In this document: one piece after another, positions 42,210 to 60,325 of the stretch | Layout of the letters: each line of letters starts with the position of its first letter | How positions within the stretch are numbered: position 1 is the first letter of the stretch | NCBI RefSeq assembly: GCF_009914755.1 | Contig: NC_060927.1 | Length of the DNA stretch: 64,000 nucleotides | Reading direction: 5' to 3' (one strand) | DNA from: the human T2T-CHM13v2.0 reference genome, Homo sapiens | The notes under the pieces: generated by a model | What the model saw: the letters and a program-made list of their open reading frames with translations, nothing else | Database searches by the model: none | What the model was told of the DNA's origin: nothing | Position numbers and translations under genes: made by a program

Positions 42210-42800
42210 TTAATAAGGATTATTTTGCTTGTAAATGATAGAGACCTGACTTAAAACAGCTTAAAGAAACATTAGAAACGTGTGTTTCAGATAGCGGGAA
42301 TGGAGTTGGAAGCCAGGAATAGTGGTTGTGGGGAGTGTGGCATTGCCACATCTTTTTCCCTATTTTTATCATTTCTCTCTGTGAAATTATCTCAATTTCC
42401 ACTCAATGATTTTTTTTTTCCTTAAACTATGTGAAAGACATGACTGCAGATAGCTCCCACAAAGAAATTTTACAGTCAGTTCACCCAGGGAAAGAATGTG
42501 AGAGCTGGACCTTTCTTTCTAGATTCCCCTTACAAATATCACTGAAAAGCATTGTCATTTCCATGTGTGAGTGAGATTCTCTCCCCTGGAGGGCACTCAA
42601 ATGTAGTTAGGTTTAACAAATATATTGCATTCACATATACAATATGTGAATACGATTGTGAATACAATCGTATTCACATATTGTATACAATATGTAATAA
42701 TTACATATACAGCTCTGTAATAATTGCAAGTAAGGTAAGTAGAACATGAGTGTTTTCAGACGAAGGCGGGGGATGTAAAATGCTATGCTAATTAAATCAT
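42210..42800 (-). mobile_element. Old MLT1-like LTR remnant
   Basis: 'ggattattttgcttgtaaatgatagagacctgacttaaaacagcttaa' resembles an MLT1J/K terminus; 3' boundary uncertain. Confidence 0.45.
42629..42708. repeat. Nested palindromes including a perfect 24-bp inverted repeat
   Basis: 42636-42659 is the exact reverse complement of 42664-42687 (4-nt spacer GAAT). Confidence 0.95.
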
Positions 42801-43106
42801 AGATAAATTACAATATATATTAAAGCGTGGTAAACTGTATATTATGTAAAAACAAATGAAATAAATGAGAGAGAGAAAGAGGGAAAGAGAGAGAGAGAAG
42901 AAATAAAGGAAGACAGGAAAGAAGAAAATGATTGCTGGAGGGAGGCAAGAATTTCTCTTAGCTAGTAGAATTCATTAAAAAGAGTCCATACTAACAGGAA
43001 GAAGATTAAGATAGTAAGACTAACTAAGGGTTAACCATTGCTTTTATTTGATACTTTAATAAAATAAGTCACCTGAATGAATTTCCTGATGTAGCCTCAT
43101 TTGGAC

Positions 43107-43108
<2 letters not shown>

Positions 43109-43140
<32 letters not shown>
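43109..43140. repeat. T32 homopolymer with no attached retroelement body
   Basis: Direct reading. Confidence 0.9.
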
Positions 43141-43142
<2 letters not shown>

Positions 43143-44058
43143 CAATGGTATACCCTGCATAGGATATATTTTTCTTAAATTTATATTTGTGACAGGATAT
43201 TCTAGGTTTGCAAACTTGCACATTGGAATTCCTTCATATTTTCTCTGTAACACTGATCATTTTGTCCCAATAAACTCAGATAAGGGCAAAAGGCAGTAAG
43301 AGGGACTTCTGAATTTCTTAGTGACCTCATCTTTCATCCGAAACAGAAGCTCTTCATACCATCATCATATTTTCAAAGCCATATTTTACTTTACTATTCT
43401 GGGAGAAAGATCTTACTAATTGTCCTTTTGCGAGGTTGTGAAAGAATGAAATAAAGCATGCTTACCGGTTACCCTGAAGTCAGGAGGACATAGGCTTTTA
43501 TGTCATTCTCAGCTGTGACTAGTGAGTAAAACAGCATTAGAGTGGTTAGAGCAGGAAAACATTATGTTACCGTAATAACTGCTGTTGGACAACGGCACCC
43601 ATTATGACAGCCCCTGTATTGCAGTCATAGGGAAAGATTGCTCTTTTTCTTGCCCCTTGCCACCCTTAAAAACTGTGGTTCTCCAGTCTGGCTTTCAGTG
43701 AAACACTTGTTCTCTTTAACAGTTTGGAACCTGTGCTGATTATCTTGCATTTCGTACTTCTTTTTGAAAAATATATAAATCATAAATTTGGAATAAGAAA
43801 TAATAAATCAGTCTAAAAGCAAATTGATATATATGCATTGTAAAAGTTTGGTGTTATTAAATATATTGTATATAAATTCACTAAACTCCTATATGAATAT
43901 TACTAAACAAAATGGATATTAATTTTAATGTTGACATAACTTCAAATGTGATCTTAAAATTTGTTTATGAATGTATATAGAAATGATACATATATATACT
44001 CAAATAAATACTCTACTATATTAAAATATATACTCTGCTATATTATATATAACATATA

Positions 44059-45258
44059 AAAGGGGACCTCAGAAAGTTTGTGAAAAATAAAATTAAAATA
44101 TAAAAATATAAATATAAACTTTATTTTTCAACATAACCTTTATTAAGCTCAAGACAGTTTTGTAAGCAATGATACGAGCCATTTAATTTTTCCCTAAAGA
44201 AAGAACTGAAGGGCCTGGAAATTTAACAATGTCAATGCAGCCTTTTTTACATAATTAGATAAAGAAAATTTTAAATATTTTTTAAGAGTAGGAAGCAAAA
44301 AGAAGTCAGAAAAAGCCAGATCAGTACCAGAAGCAAATTCCTAATAATTTACCATCAAAACTCATAAAATTGCCCTTTTTTAATGAGGGGATGAGCAGGA
44401 GCATTGTTTTGGTGGAGATAGTCTCTCTGATAAAGCCTTCCTAAGTGATTTTCTGCTCAAGCTTTGGCTAGCTTTCTCAAAACACTCTCATATTCTTTGG
44501 CTCTCTAGAAAGACAAGAAGCAAAATGCCTTGAGCCTCCCAAAAAACTGTTGCCATGACCTTTTCTCTTGACCAGCTCAATTTTACATTGACTGGGACAC
44601 TTCTATTTCTTGGTCACCATTGTTTTTCTTGTACTTTATCTTCAGGATGGTACTGGTGAAGCCATGTTTCATCTCTGGTTACAATTCTCCAAATAAATGC
44701 TTTCAGAATCTAGATCCTACTTGTGTACAATTTTCATTGAAAGCTCTTCCTTCATCTACATCTGTTCTGGGCTCAACACTTTTGACATTTATTGAGTGAA
44801 AAGTTTTCTGAACTTTAATTTTTCAGTCACAATGGAGTTAAACCAATAGAGGTATTTATAATGTTGACTATTGTTTCTGCTATTAATTGTCAGTCCTCTT
44901 TTCAATTAGGGTGTGGACAAGATTTCTTTTTCCACGCAAATTGATGTGGATAATCGGCTGATGGGGGATTCGTTTTCAATATTGTCTCTTATCTTCTTAA
45001 ATGAATTATCCATTTTTAAAACTACTGCATTCTTTGGGACATAGTCCCCATCAACTTTTTGTAAAGCATCAATGATTACACCATTCTTCCACCTAAGCAT
45101 CACCATAAATTCGATGCTTGTTCTTGTGTCAATTTAGCACAATTTATTTTGCTCTGACTGAGGCTCTCCTCAAACTTATGTCTTATTCTTAATGCCCCAA
45201 AATGGTTCATGTTCAGACATGTTATAACAAGTTACTGTAACTTCATTTTGGTGCAATA
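44059..45258 (-). mobile_element. Hsmar2 mariner transposon, decayed; one TIR visible
   Basis: TIR-like 'aaaggggacctcagaaagtttgtgaaaaat' after TA; ORF 44906-45106 (MVMLRWKNGVIIDALQKVDGD..PK) matches the Hsmar2 transposase N-terminal HTH region; remainder broken by stops and frameshifts. Confidence 0.9.
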
Positions 45259-45729
45259 ATTGATATATATGTAATTTATATTTTACTAAATATATGTATT
45301 TAGTAAAACAGGTTTTAGATTCAAGAATATATTATATTCCACATTCTCATACAACCAAAATAAAATCATGCTGTCTTGTAGTCTCAAAGACAAAACTAGC
45401 ATGTACTATGAGATAACTAAAGGTATGCAGATATAACTAATGCTGAACGCCAAATGTGATTAAACTGGGGATATAAGTTAATACATTTTTTAGATTTAGA
45501 CAATGCATTCAATAGAGTGTTTTCTTTTGACTCCCTTTAGTACAACATCACCAAATAAACTTATTCTACACATATAGTTACTGTGATAGGCTGCAATTTA
45601 TGTTCAATGTCTTGGTAGAAAGAGATATACAAAGAAATTAAATAGTTGTGCAAGGTAATAAAAGTCAAATGTTACTAAAGAAATTATAAAGAATTTCTGA
45701 TAAAGCTTTCCTAAGTGATTTTCTGCTCA

Positions 45730-46058
<329 letters not shown>

Positions 46059-46727
46059 TTAATCCATTATTCTATGCCCTCTCATTAACATGCATTGTCG
46101 TTAAAAGGTACACTGGAAGTAATTTCTGTATCTCTAAATAGTATTTAATACTTTAAAACAAATCTAGTAAACATAATGCATAATGAGGACTTGACAAACA
46201 TGACTTTCTTCCAGTCTTTTCTATTTCCTTTTCATTAAAAAAATTATTGTTTCTGTAAACAGGAAACATGTTTGTTATGAGTAATTTAAGGAGATTATAA
46301 ACCAAAAATATTTTTAAAATAGTCCAAACCTGATAATACATTCATGCATACTCATTTCCATATTCTAAAAGAGATGGATAATGAGAAAGTAAAAAAGACA
46401 TATAGATAGGCTCTTAGAAAAATATTTTAGTACCATGCCACTTAAAATTTAAAAGTTTAACAAGTGAAAAACTAAAAATAATTGGTGTCAATAAAATAAT
46501 TGCTGAACTAACTCTAACATCATCATTTTTATAATTTAAATCTTTATAACTTTATCTTGTTCTATAGACGTAATTCCAAAAGTTTGGTTTTGATTTTATG
46601 TTAAAAGGTGTGAGTACTATTCATCTGTCATTTTGTCAGAGCCCTTTGCTTGCATATTTCCTCATTTAAATTTATCTCTAACTTGCCTTGATTTCAGAGT
46701 TCAGTCTTTTTATTGAGGAAGAGCTAA

Positions 46728-47220
<493 letters not shown>

Positions 47221-47599
47221 AGCTAGTTCTTTAAGCAACTGTTTATGTTTGAGAGAAATGAGTTTGATGTGGCTATTAATTATGACATATCAGATTATAT
47301 ATGATATATCAGATTATACAGAAACTTATGAGAATAGGAGTTTATTCCTTATTTATATGCTATACTTACATGATGGAGTCGGTACAACTCTGCTCAATGC
47401 TCTTTTAATTCAAAAATTTAGGCTAAATTAGCAACCTCTGTGTAGAACATGATTGGTTAACATGCCAGGAAAAAAAATACATACTGGTTCTTAAATCTTC
47501 TCAGAATAATGAATACTTATTCTGTTCACATTTCATATAACCATTCAGGATGGATTATGAGTTATTTTATTATAAGGAAGGGAACAAAGTAATATAACT

Positions 47600-48300
47600 T
47601 ATCCCAATGACATTGAAAGACAGATTATAAGGAGGTCAGAATGTGCCAGGAAGAGAATGGTATGCATTTATTTATACACTGTCATAAGAGCTTTGGATGA
47701 TATTTTAAAATGTTTTGAGAATCTGGAAGGTTTTGATGAGAGAGTTAGAAAAATCACTAATATGCTGTGTTGAAATATACTCTAGGAAGATGAAGTATAT
47801 AAGAAGAAAAACTAGTTAGGAAACAACTGTGATGGTCTAGGGAGAAAAGGGTGAGGATAAGTCTAGGCTACTTGTAGGGCAGATGGAGAGAAATAATTGG
47901 GAATATATTCTAGAGTGATAGCATGCAGAAGTTTTCTGAAATATATCTGTGTGATCTGAAAAAAAGGAGAATAAATCTTAGATTAAAAAAAGATATAAGT
48001 TATCAGGTGGTATTTTTTACTTTGAAAGGGAAAACCGCATGTAAGGGGGTTGGGAATAGTTAACTAGGTTGTCTAGAGTTTCTTTAGAAACCATATAACA
48101 AGTGATTTTAAATAGTATATTCAGTCAGAGGACAGAATCCCAATTTCTGCAATATTTAGAAATCAGTAAGAGAAGGAATCAGCAAAGGAGACTAAAAACA
48201 GCTATAGCAAAGTAGGAATTATGTGAGAAGAGCTTGTTTTCCCGGATTGGTGATGAAAAATGTATACCTAGGAAGAAGAAATGATTGACCATCTCATATC
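47600..48300 (-). mobile_element. L2 fragments
   Basis: 'tggaaggttttgatgagag...ttaggaaacaactgtgatggtctag...agcaaaggagact' purine-rich L2 antisense pattern. Confidence 0.55.
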
Positions 48301-48494
48301 ATTTTGTGTTAATGAGCATTTCTTTGAAGTTAACAGGAAACAGACTAGTTTAAGCAACACATTTAATGTAAAGCAGGTGCATACAAAGATATGAAATTAA
48401 AAAACAAAGTAACTCTAGCAAAAAAAAAATTAAATTGGAAGTAATCACGGGAGCCAATGGAGAATAAAATTTGCTGAAAACAAATTAAGAGACA

Positions 48495-48963
48495 AGTAGC
48501 CAATGCTCTCACCTCCATTGACCACCTGTTGGTCATCTTCCATTTGATGGACAGTATCTGTACAGACTGATAGCTTCTGACCTCAAGCACTCACATCTCT
48601 CTCTGTCTAAGGCTATACCTGGCCACAGGAATATTCTCTGCCTGAGTTATGGCAAGCCAGAGTGCCAGAGCTTTAGTACCCCAAGATATATGTATATTTT
48701 GAAGAGGTGGAAAAATATCTCATATTTTGCAACCTACACTGGATTGAATTGAGGTATATTCTAATATGTCTCTCAAAGAATACCCCAAAGATTAAGCCCC
48801 AGTTGCCTATGGTTGAAGCCCACTCATTAAATATTCTTGTCTTTTTTTCCTTCTATATCTCATTTCCCTACATCTGCACTTCATTTTCTGAGATTATTTC
48901 CCAAATGTATCACTTGTCTGTAAACTTCTTATAGTTTGCTTTTGTAGAGATACAATTAAGACA
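48495..48963 (+). mobile_element. LTR16B-like ERVL LTR
   Basis: 'gattaagccccagttgcctatgg...cactcattaa...ttaagaca'. Confidence 0.6.
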
Positions 48964-51208
48964 ATTTTAGGGTGATAAAAATCAATGAATTATAAAGAAA
49001 AATTAAAAATTTAGAAAAAAATTATGTGTACGCTGTATGCTTGGAGAAAATTTAGTATATTCGTAACTGAAGTCTCCAAAGAACCAGGTGATTACCATAA
49101 CTTTTCAGGTAATAGAATAATTTAAAACATTTTCAAATTCCAATTTGGATGTGAATAATACATTGATATCAAAAGCCCGGGAATATAGCGCCTTTTCTTG
49201 CCCAAATCTATGTGTTTATCTTATTTCTAGATAATGAAGCCATAATTATTAAGAGTATGACTAAAAATAGCATTAAATGAAATGTACAATTAGTTCAATG
49301 GAAGAAAATTTATAAATTTAATTAATATAAATAATCACATTAAAATGTGAAAAGCATAATTTGGTTCACAAATTTTGAAAAAAATGATAAAATTAAAAAT
49401 CTATTCTCGACAAGAACGATTAAAGACATAGGAATAGAGAATTTATTCACCAGCAAACTTCAGAACCAAATTGGATGTTCTTGCCCTTTTTCAACTTTAT
49501 TAATCCAGTTTACATGGCACAGATTATTCCTTGATAAAATTTAATATAAGCTATATTTTAAGATGGTATGTCTATCTTTATTTTAAAATTTCTAACCAGT
49601 TTTTGGGACATACAGATTTCAGCTTTTGATTTGAATAGCACATCAGAAAAATTATGTCAATTAGTTAAATGAATTATTGACTTAAAACAAATTTTATTTT
49701 CACCAAAATATTAGTAATGAATTTTGCCTAAGCTTGGTGACATTTGCTTTTCTCCTTTTTATTATTACTTAAAAAATTCCCATGGATTTTTATGTCACCA
49801 ACCTTCAATGTCAGTTTCCTTACTCAAAAGACTAAAGCAAATGAGAAGATTCTGGAAATATGGTGGAGTGGAAAATACTATAAATATGTCTTCCCACGAA
49901 GACAAAAATTGAACTGGAAAAATCTGTCTAATGTAACTATTTTAGAACTCTGATGTCTACTGAAGACTTGCAACTTCTAGGAAAATGGTTTAAATAGTAG
50001 ATTGTGGATAATTATATTCAATTTCAGTCAGATTACCTATCCATCATCCTTCTTTGTAGCAGGGAGCTGTGCAGTTGTTCCAGGAGCAAGCTGCGTACAG
50101 CTTTCAGGATCCATGAAGGATGATAGGACCTCTGTACTCTAAATATTGGGTATTTGTGTTCTGCTTGCTACTTCTGATCATTAACTGTGACAAAGTAGAA
50201 CAGTCATTGTTGCAACATCCTACCCCTTCTTCCCCAAAATTGTTCCAAGCCTTTCCTCTCTAGGTGCTTTGAGGCCACTCCAGATGATTTTAGATTTCAG
50301 TAAACAACTCTCAGTCATGAATAAAATAAGGAGACAGAAGATAAGTTAAAAAAAATAGCTGTACAAAAATGAAAAAAAAAACAATTAGATCTAATGGACA
50401 TATAAGGAACATTCTACCTAACACAGAATTTTTCTCAAGTGTACATGGAACATTTTTCGACAATAGACCATTTATTTTGCAACCAATTTACTTTCAATAG
50501 ATCTAAAATAATTGATAGAGTACAAATCATCTAATCTAACTACAACAAGATGAACTTAGAACTCAAGAAGAGAAGAAAAATCAGAAAATTTACAAACTTG
50601 GGACATTAAACAATGCATTCTTACACAACCAGTAGGTTAATAATGAAATGACCAGGTAAGTTAGAGAATACTTAGAGATGAATGAAAATAAAAACAAAAT
50701 ATATTTAAACTTACAGATGCAGCAAATGCAGTGCTAAGGGGGAAATTTATAACTATAAATGCTTACATTAAAAAAAAACAAGAAAGTTCTCAAATCAACA
50801 AACTATACAAACTATACATGGAAGTAGAAAAATAAACAAAGCTTTCCTTGTCCAAAGCTAGGACAAGGAAGTAAATAATAAAGATTAGAGAATAGATAAA
50901 CAAAGTAGAGAATAGAAAAATAATAGAAAAAATCAATAAAACCAAAAGTTACTTTTTTATTAGATCAACAAAAGTGACAAACCTTTTTTTTTCCTTTTTT
51001 TTATTATACTTTAAATTCTAGGGTACATGTGCACAACGTGCAGATTTGTTACATATGTATACATGTGCCATGTTGGTGTGCTGCACCCATTAACTCATCA
51101 TTTACATTAGGTATATCTCCTAATGCTATCCCTCACCCTTGCCCCACCCCACGACAGGCCCTGGGGGTGTGTGATGTTCCCCTTCCTGTGTCCAAGTGTT
51201 CTCATTGG

Positions 51209-55052
<3,844 letters not shown>

Positions 55053-55115
55053 TATGATGTTAGCTGGTGATTTTGCTCGTTAGTTGATGCAGTTTCTTCC
55101 TAGCCGCGATGGTCT

Positions 55116-56129
55116 TTACATTTTGGCATATTTTTGCAGTAGCTGTTACCAGTTGTTCCTTTCCATGTTTATTGTTTCCTTCAGGAGCTCTTGTAGGGCA
55201 GGCCTGGTGGTGACAAAATCTCTCAGCATTTGCTTGTCTGTAAAGGATTTTATTTCTCCTTCACTTATGAAGGTTAATTTGGCTGGATATGAAATTCTGG
55301 GTAGAAAATTCCTTTCTTTAAGAATGTTGACTATTGGCCCCCACTCTCTTCTGGCTTGTAGAGTTTCTGCTGAGAGATCTGCTGTTAGTCTGATGGGCTT
55401 CCCTTTGTGGGTAACCCAACCTTTCTCTCTGGCTACCTTTAACATTTTTTCCTTCATTTCAACTTTGGTGAATCTGACAATTATGTGTCTTGGAGTTGCT
55501 CTTCTCGAGGAGTATCTTTGTGGTGTTCTCTGTATTTCCTGAATTTGAATGTTAGCCTGCCTTGCTAGGTTGGGGAAGTTCTCCTGGATAATATCCTGCA
55601 GGGTGTTTCCCAACTTGGTTCCATTCTCCCCGTCACTTTCAGGTAGACCAATCAGACGTAGATTTGGTCTTTTCACATAGTCCCATATTTCTTGGAGGCT
55701 TTGTTCCTTTCTTTTTACTCTTTTTTCTCTAAACTTCTCTTCTCACTTCATTTCATTCATTTGGTCTTCAATCACTGACACCTTTTCTTCCAGTTGATCA
55801 AATCGGTTACTGAAGCTTGTGCATTTGTCACGTAGTTCTTGTGCCATGGTTTTCAGCTCCATCAGGTCATTTTAGGACTTCTCTACACTGGTTATTCTAG
55901 TTAGCCATTCGTCTAATCTTTTTTCAAGGTTTTTAGCTTTTTGCAATGGGTTTGAACTTCCTCCTTTAGCTCGGAGAAGTTTGATCATCTGAAGCCTTCC
56001 TCTCTCAACTTGTCAAAGTCATTCTCCGTCCAGCTTTGTTTCATTGCTGGTGAGGAGTTGCATTCCTTTGGAGGGTGAGAGGCGATCTGATTTTAGAATT
56101 TCAGCTTTTCTGCTCTGTTTTTTTCCGAT
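55116..56129 (-). pseudogene. L1 ORF1 (RNA-binding protein), disrupted; start codon appears mutated to ATC
   Basis: Peptide KRPNLRLIG...RATPRHIIVRF...ARREWG in ORF 55146-55676; premature stops. Confidence 0.93.
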
Positions 56130-57250
56130 TTTTGTGGTTTTATCTACATTTGGTCTTTGATGAGGGTGACATACAGATGGGGTTTTGGTGTGGATGTCCT
56201 TTCTGTTTGTTAGTTTTCCTTCTAACAGTCAGAACCCTCAGCTGCAGGACTGTTGGAGTTTGCTGGAGGTCCACTCCAGACCCTGTTTGAATGGGTATCA
56301 GCAGCGGAGGCTGCAGAACAGCATATATTGCTGAACAGCAAATGTTGCTGCCTGATCGTTCCTCTGGAAGCTTCATCTCAGAGGGGTACCCGGCCATGTG
56401 AAGTGTCAGTCTGCCCCTACTGGGGAGTGTGCCTCCCAGTTAGGCTACTCGGGGGTCAGCAACCCACTTGAGGATGCAGTCTGTCTGTTCTCAGATCTCA
56501 AACTCTGTGCTGGGAGAACTACTACTCTCCTCAAAGCTGTAAGACAGGGATATTTAAATCTGCAGAGGTTTCTGCTGCCTTTTGTTCAGCTATGCCCTGC
56601 CCCTAGAGGTGGAGTCTACAGAGGCAGGCAGGCCTCCTTGAGCTGCCATGGGCTCCACCCAGTTCGAGCTTCCTGGCTGCTTTGTTTACCTACTCAAGCC
56701 TGGGCAATGGCAGGCACCCCTCCCGCAGCCTAGCTGCCACCTTGCAGTTAGATCTCAGACTGCTGTGCTAGCAATGAGTGAGGCTCCATGGGCATGGGAT
56801 CCTCCAAGCCATGCATGGGATATAATCTCCTGGTGTGCCTTTTGCTAAGACCCTTGGAAAAGTGCAGTATTAGGGTGGGAGTGACCTGATTTTCCAGGTG
56901 CTGTCTGTCATGGCTTCCCTTGGCTAAGAAAGAGAATTCCTTTTCCCCTTGCACTTCCTGGGTGTGGCAATGCCTCACCCTACTTCAGCTCACACTCGTT
57001 GGGCTGCACCTACTGTCCTGCACCCACTGTCTGACATGCCCCAGTGAGATGAACCCAGTACCTCAGTTGGAAATGCAGAAATCATCTGTCTTCTGGGTCG
57101 CTCATGCTGGGAGCTATAGACTGGAGCTGTTCTTTTTCAAAAGTGACAAACTTTTATCTAAATAGACTAATATAAAAGAGCAAGGATTCAAATTGCGACA
57201 ATCTGAAGTGGAAAAGGGGATATTGCTACTAATCTTACAGCAGTAAAAAT

Positions 57251-57296
57251 CTCTCTCTCTCTCTCTCTTTCTCTCGATCTATCTATCTATCTATCT
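57251..57296. repeat. (CT)n(ATCT)n microsatellite within the old L1
   Basis: Direct reading. Confidence 0.9.
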
Positions 57297-58584
57297 GAGG
57301 ATGCTACAGGCAATTTTATGCCAACAATTGAATAACCTGGATGAAATGGAAAGAATCCTAAAAGCACAGACACTCTCAAGACTGACTCATAAAGAAATAG
57401 AAAGTATAAATAGACTTATAACTAGTCATGGGATTGAATTAGTAACTGATTACCTCTCAAAAAATATAAGCACTGGATCTGATGACCTCACTGGTAAATT
57501 CTGCCATTTAACAATGAACTAACATAAATTCTCAAGCTTACCTCAGAAAATTGAAAAGAAGGGAACATTTTCTGACTTATTTTATGAAGCCAGCACTACC
57601 CTGATACAGAAAAGGGGCAAAGTCATTACAAACAAAACAAAATTACAGGCCAATATTCCTTATGATCATTGATGTGAAAATTCTCAACACAGTACTAGTT
57701 AACTAAATACATCAACAGTTGAAAGGATTTTACATCATGACAAAATGGGATTTATTCCTGAATTAAAAGAATGACTCAACATATAAAAATCTCTCAATAT
57801 AATACATGACATTATAAATAAAGGTAAAAAATACAGTTACCTTATTTGATTCAGAGAAAGCATTTGACACAATTCAATATTTTTATAATAAAAACACTTT
57901 AAAAACTAGAGAACTTCTTCAGGCTGATAAAGGACATTTATGAAAATCCTATAGTTAATATAATTCACAGTGGTGAAACACTGAAAGCTGTTTTTCTAAA
58001 ATCAAGAGGAAGACAAGAATGCCAGCTTTCACCACTTCTATTCCATATAGTCCTGGAAGTACTAGCAATAAAAAACAATAAAAGGCATCCAAATCTGGAA
58101 GGAAGAAGCAAAATGATCTCTCTTTGCAGATTATATGATCTTATATGTAGAAACCCTAAAGCTTCTACCAACACACACAAAATTTACTTGAACTAATGAA
58201 CGAATTTAGCAAAGTAACAGGATACACAGTCAATGCATAAAAATCAGTTGTATTTCTATATATTAACAAGTAATAATGTGAAAAGTAAATCTTGGAAAAC
58301 AATAACGTCAAAAATAAAGAAATACTTAAGACTAAACCTAAGGAAATAAAAAACTTGAAAAATAATCTACAAAGCATTGCTGAGAGAAATTAAAGAAGAT
58401 AAAAATGAATGGAAAGAGAACTCATATTCATGGATTGGAAGGCTAATATTAGTGAAATGTCAATATTACCCAAAGTAATCTTTGTTTTTTCTTCAGAAAT
58501 AGAAAAATACATCCTAAAATTTATGTATCATCTCAAGAGATACTGAATAGCCAAAATAATCCTGAACATGAAAAACAAAGATGA

Positions 58585-58915
<331 letters not shown>

Positions 58916-60140
58916 AGGACTTACATTTTCATATTTCAAAACTTACTACAAAGCTGCAACAATCAAAACTTTGTATTACTGGCATAAAGACAATATATAG
59001 TCCAATCAAATACATTAGAGAACCCAGAAATAAACCTTTACATATATGGTCAAATGATTTTCAACAATGAGGCCAAAACCAATAAAGAGGAAAAGCTATT
59101 TTTTTTCAACAAATTGTGTGTGGAAAACTGGATATTGAAATGCAAAACAGTGGAATTGGACCCTTAACTTATGCCACATATAAAAATTAAAATGTTTAAG
59201 GATGTAAATGTAAGAGTTACAATTCTAGAATTCTTATAAAAATTTTAAGGAAAAAACATCATGCCATTGTATTTGACAATGATGTCTTAAATATGATGCC
59301 AAAGGCTGAGACAATTAAAGGAAACTTAGCCAAATTGGACTTCATGAAAATTAAAAACTTTTGTGCATAAAAAGCCACTATCAAGAGTGAAAAGGCAACC
59401 CACAGATAGGAAGAAAATATTTGCAAATTATATCTCTGATAAGGAATTATTACCAGAATAAATTAACTAAAAACTCAATAACATAAAACAAAACCTGATT
59501 CAAAAATGGGTACAAGACTTGAATGTAGATATTTCTCCAAATGTAATTCAGAGTCTCTCATCTCTCTGCCTATCAGGAGAGCTTTTATAATATGCTGGGA
59601 TCCAGATAGAGTGAGTTGTGGAATGATTCACTTACATTGAAAATTATATTTAAAATAGCTCTTTATTCAAATTCACTTACAAATAACTCTAGTAATCTTT
59701 TGACTTACAAATCATGAACATAGCTCCAATGCCTCATTGCTGAAGAAAATTAGTTACATTTATTGTCCAATAAGCACATGAAAACTTGTGCAACATCACT
59801 AATCATTAGAGTAATGCAAATGAAAACCATGAAGAGATATCACTTTGCACCCATTAGGATGACTACCTCAAAAAGAAAAGAAAAGTGTTTGTGAGGATAT
59901 GGAGAAAGTAAAAACTTTTTATATTATTGGTGGTTGGTGGGAACATAAAATGGTACAGTTACTGTGGAAAACAATATGGTGATTTCTTGAAAAACTTAGA
60001 AATCATCTTAACCATATGATTCAGCAATTTCACTGCTGGTATATTCCCAAAATAATCAAAAGCATTGTCTCAAAGACATATTTGCACATCTATGTTCACA
60101 GCAGCATTAGTCACAGTAGTCAGAAGATAAAAGCAATGTA

Positions 60141-60296
60141 AGTAGATAAACAGATAAGCAAAATGTGATCTATATTTTATATATATATATATATATATAT
60201 CTCCATTGGTATATATATTAGTAGATGAATAACAAAATGTGATATATATATATATATATATCCATTGGTAGATGAATAGATAAACAAAATGTGATT
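60141..60296. repeat. Triplicated ~30-bp L1 segment interspersed with (TA)n
   Basis: 'gtagat(g/a)aa...caaaatgtgat' three times and 'tccattggta' twice. Confidence 0.85.
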
Positions 60297-60325
60297 TTAC
60301 ATGTACACAAAAATTGAATATTATT

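Noticed and set aside
43500-43740. Possible conserved enhancer in unique sequence (similar impression at ~7250-7450 and ~38890-39080)
   Set aside because: Only slightly higher complexity and CpG content; cannot be supported without conservation or chromatin data
44059-45258. Domesticated or active mariner transposase
   Set aside because: Only a 66-aa fragment is open, the rest is disrupted and the second TIR is missing
60141-60296. CRISPR-like repeat-spacer array
   Set aside because: Three degenerate copies of L1 sequence separated by (TA)n in eukaryotic DNA; no unique spacers or cas genes
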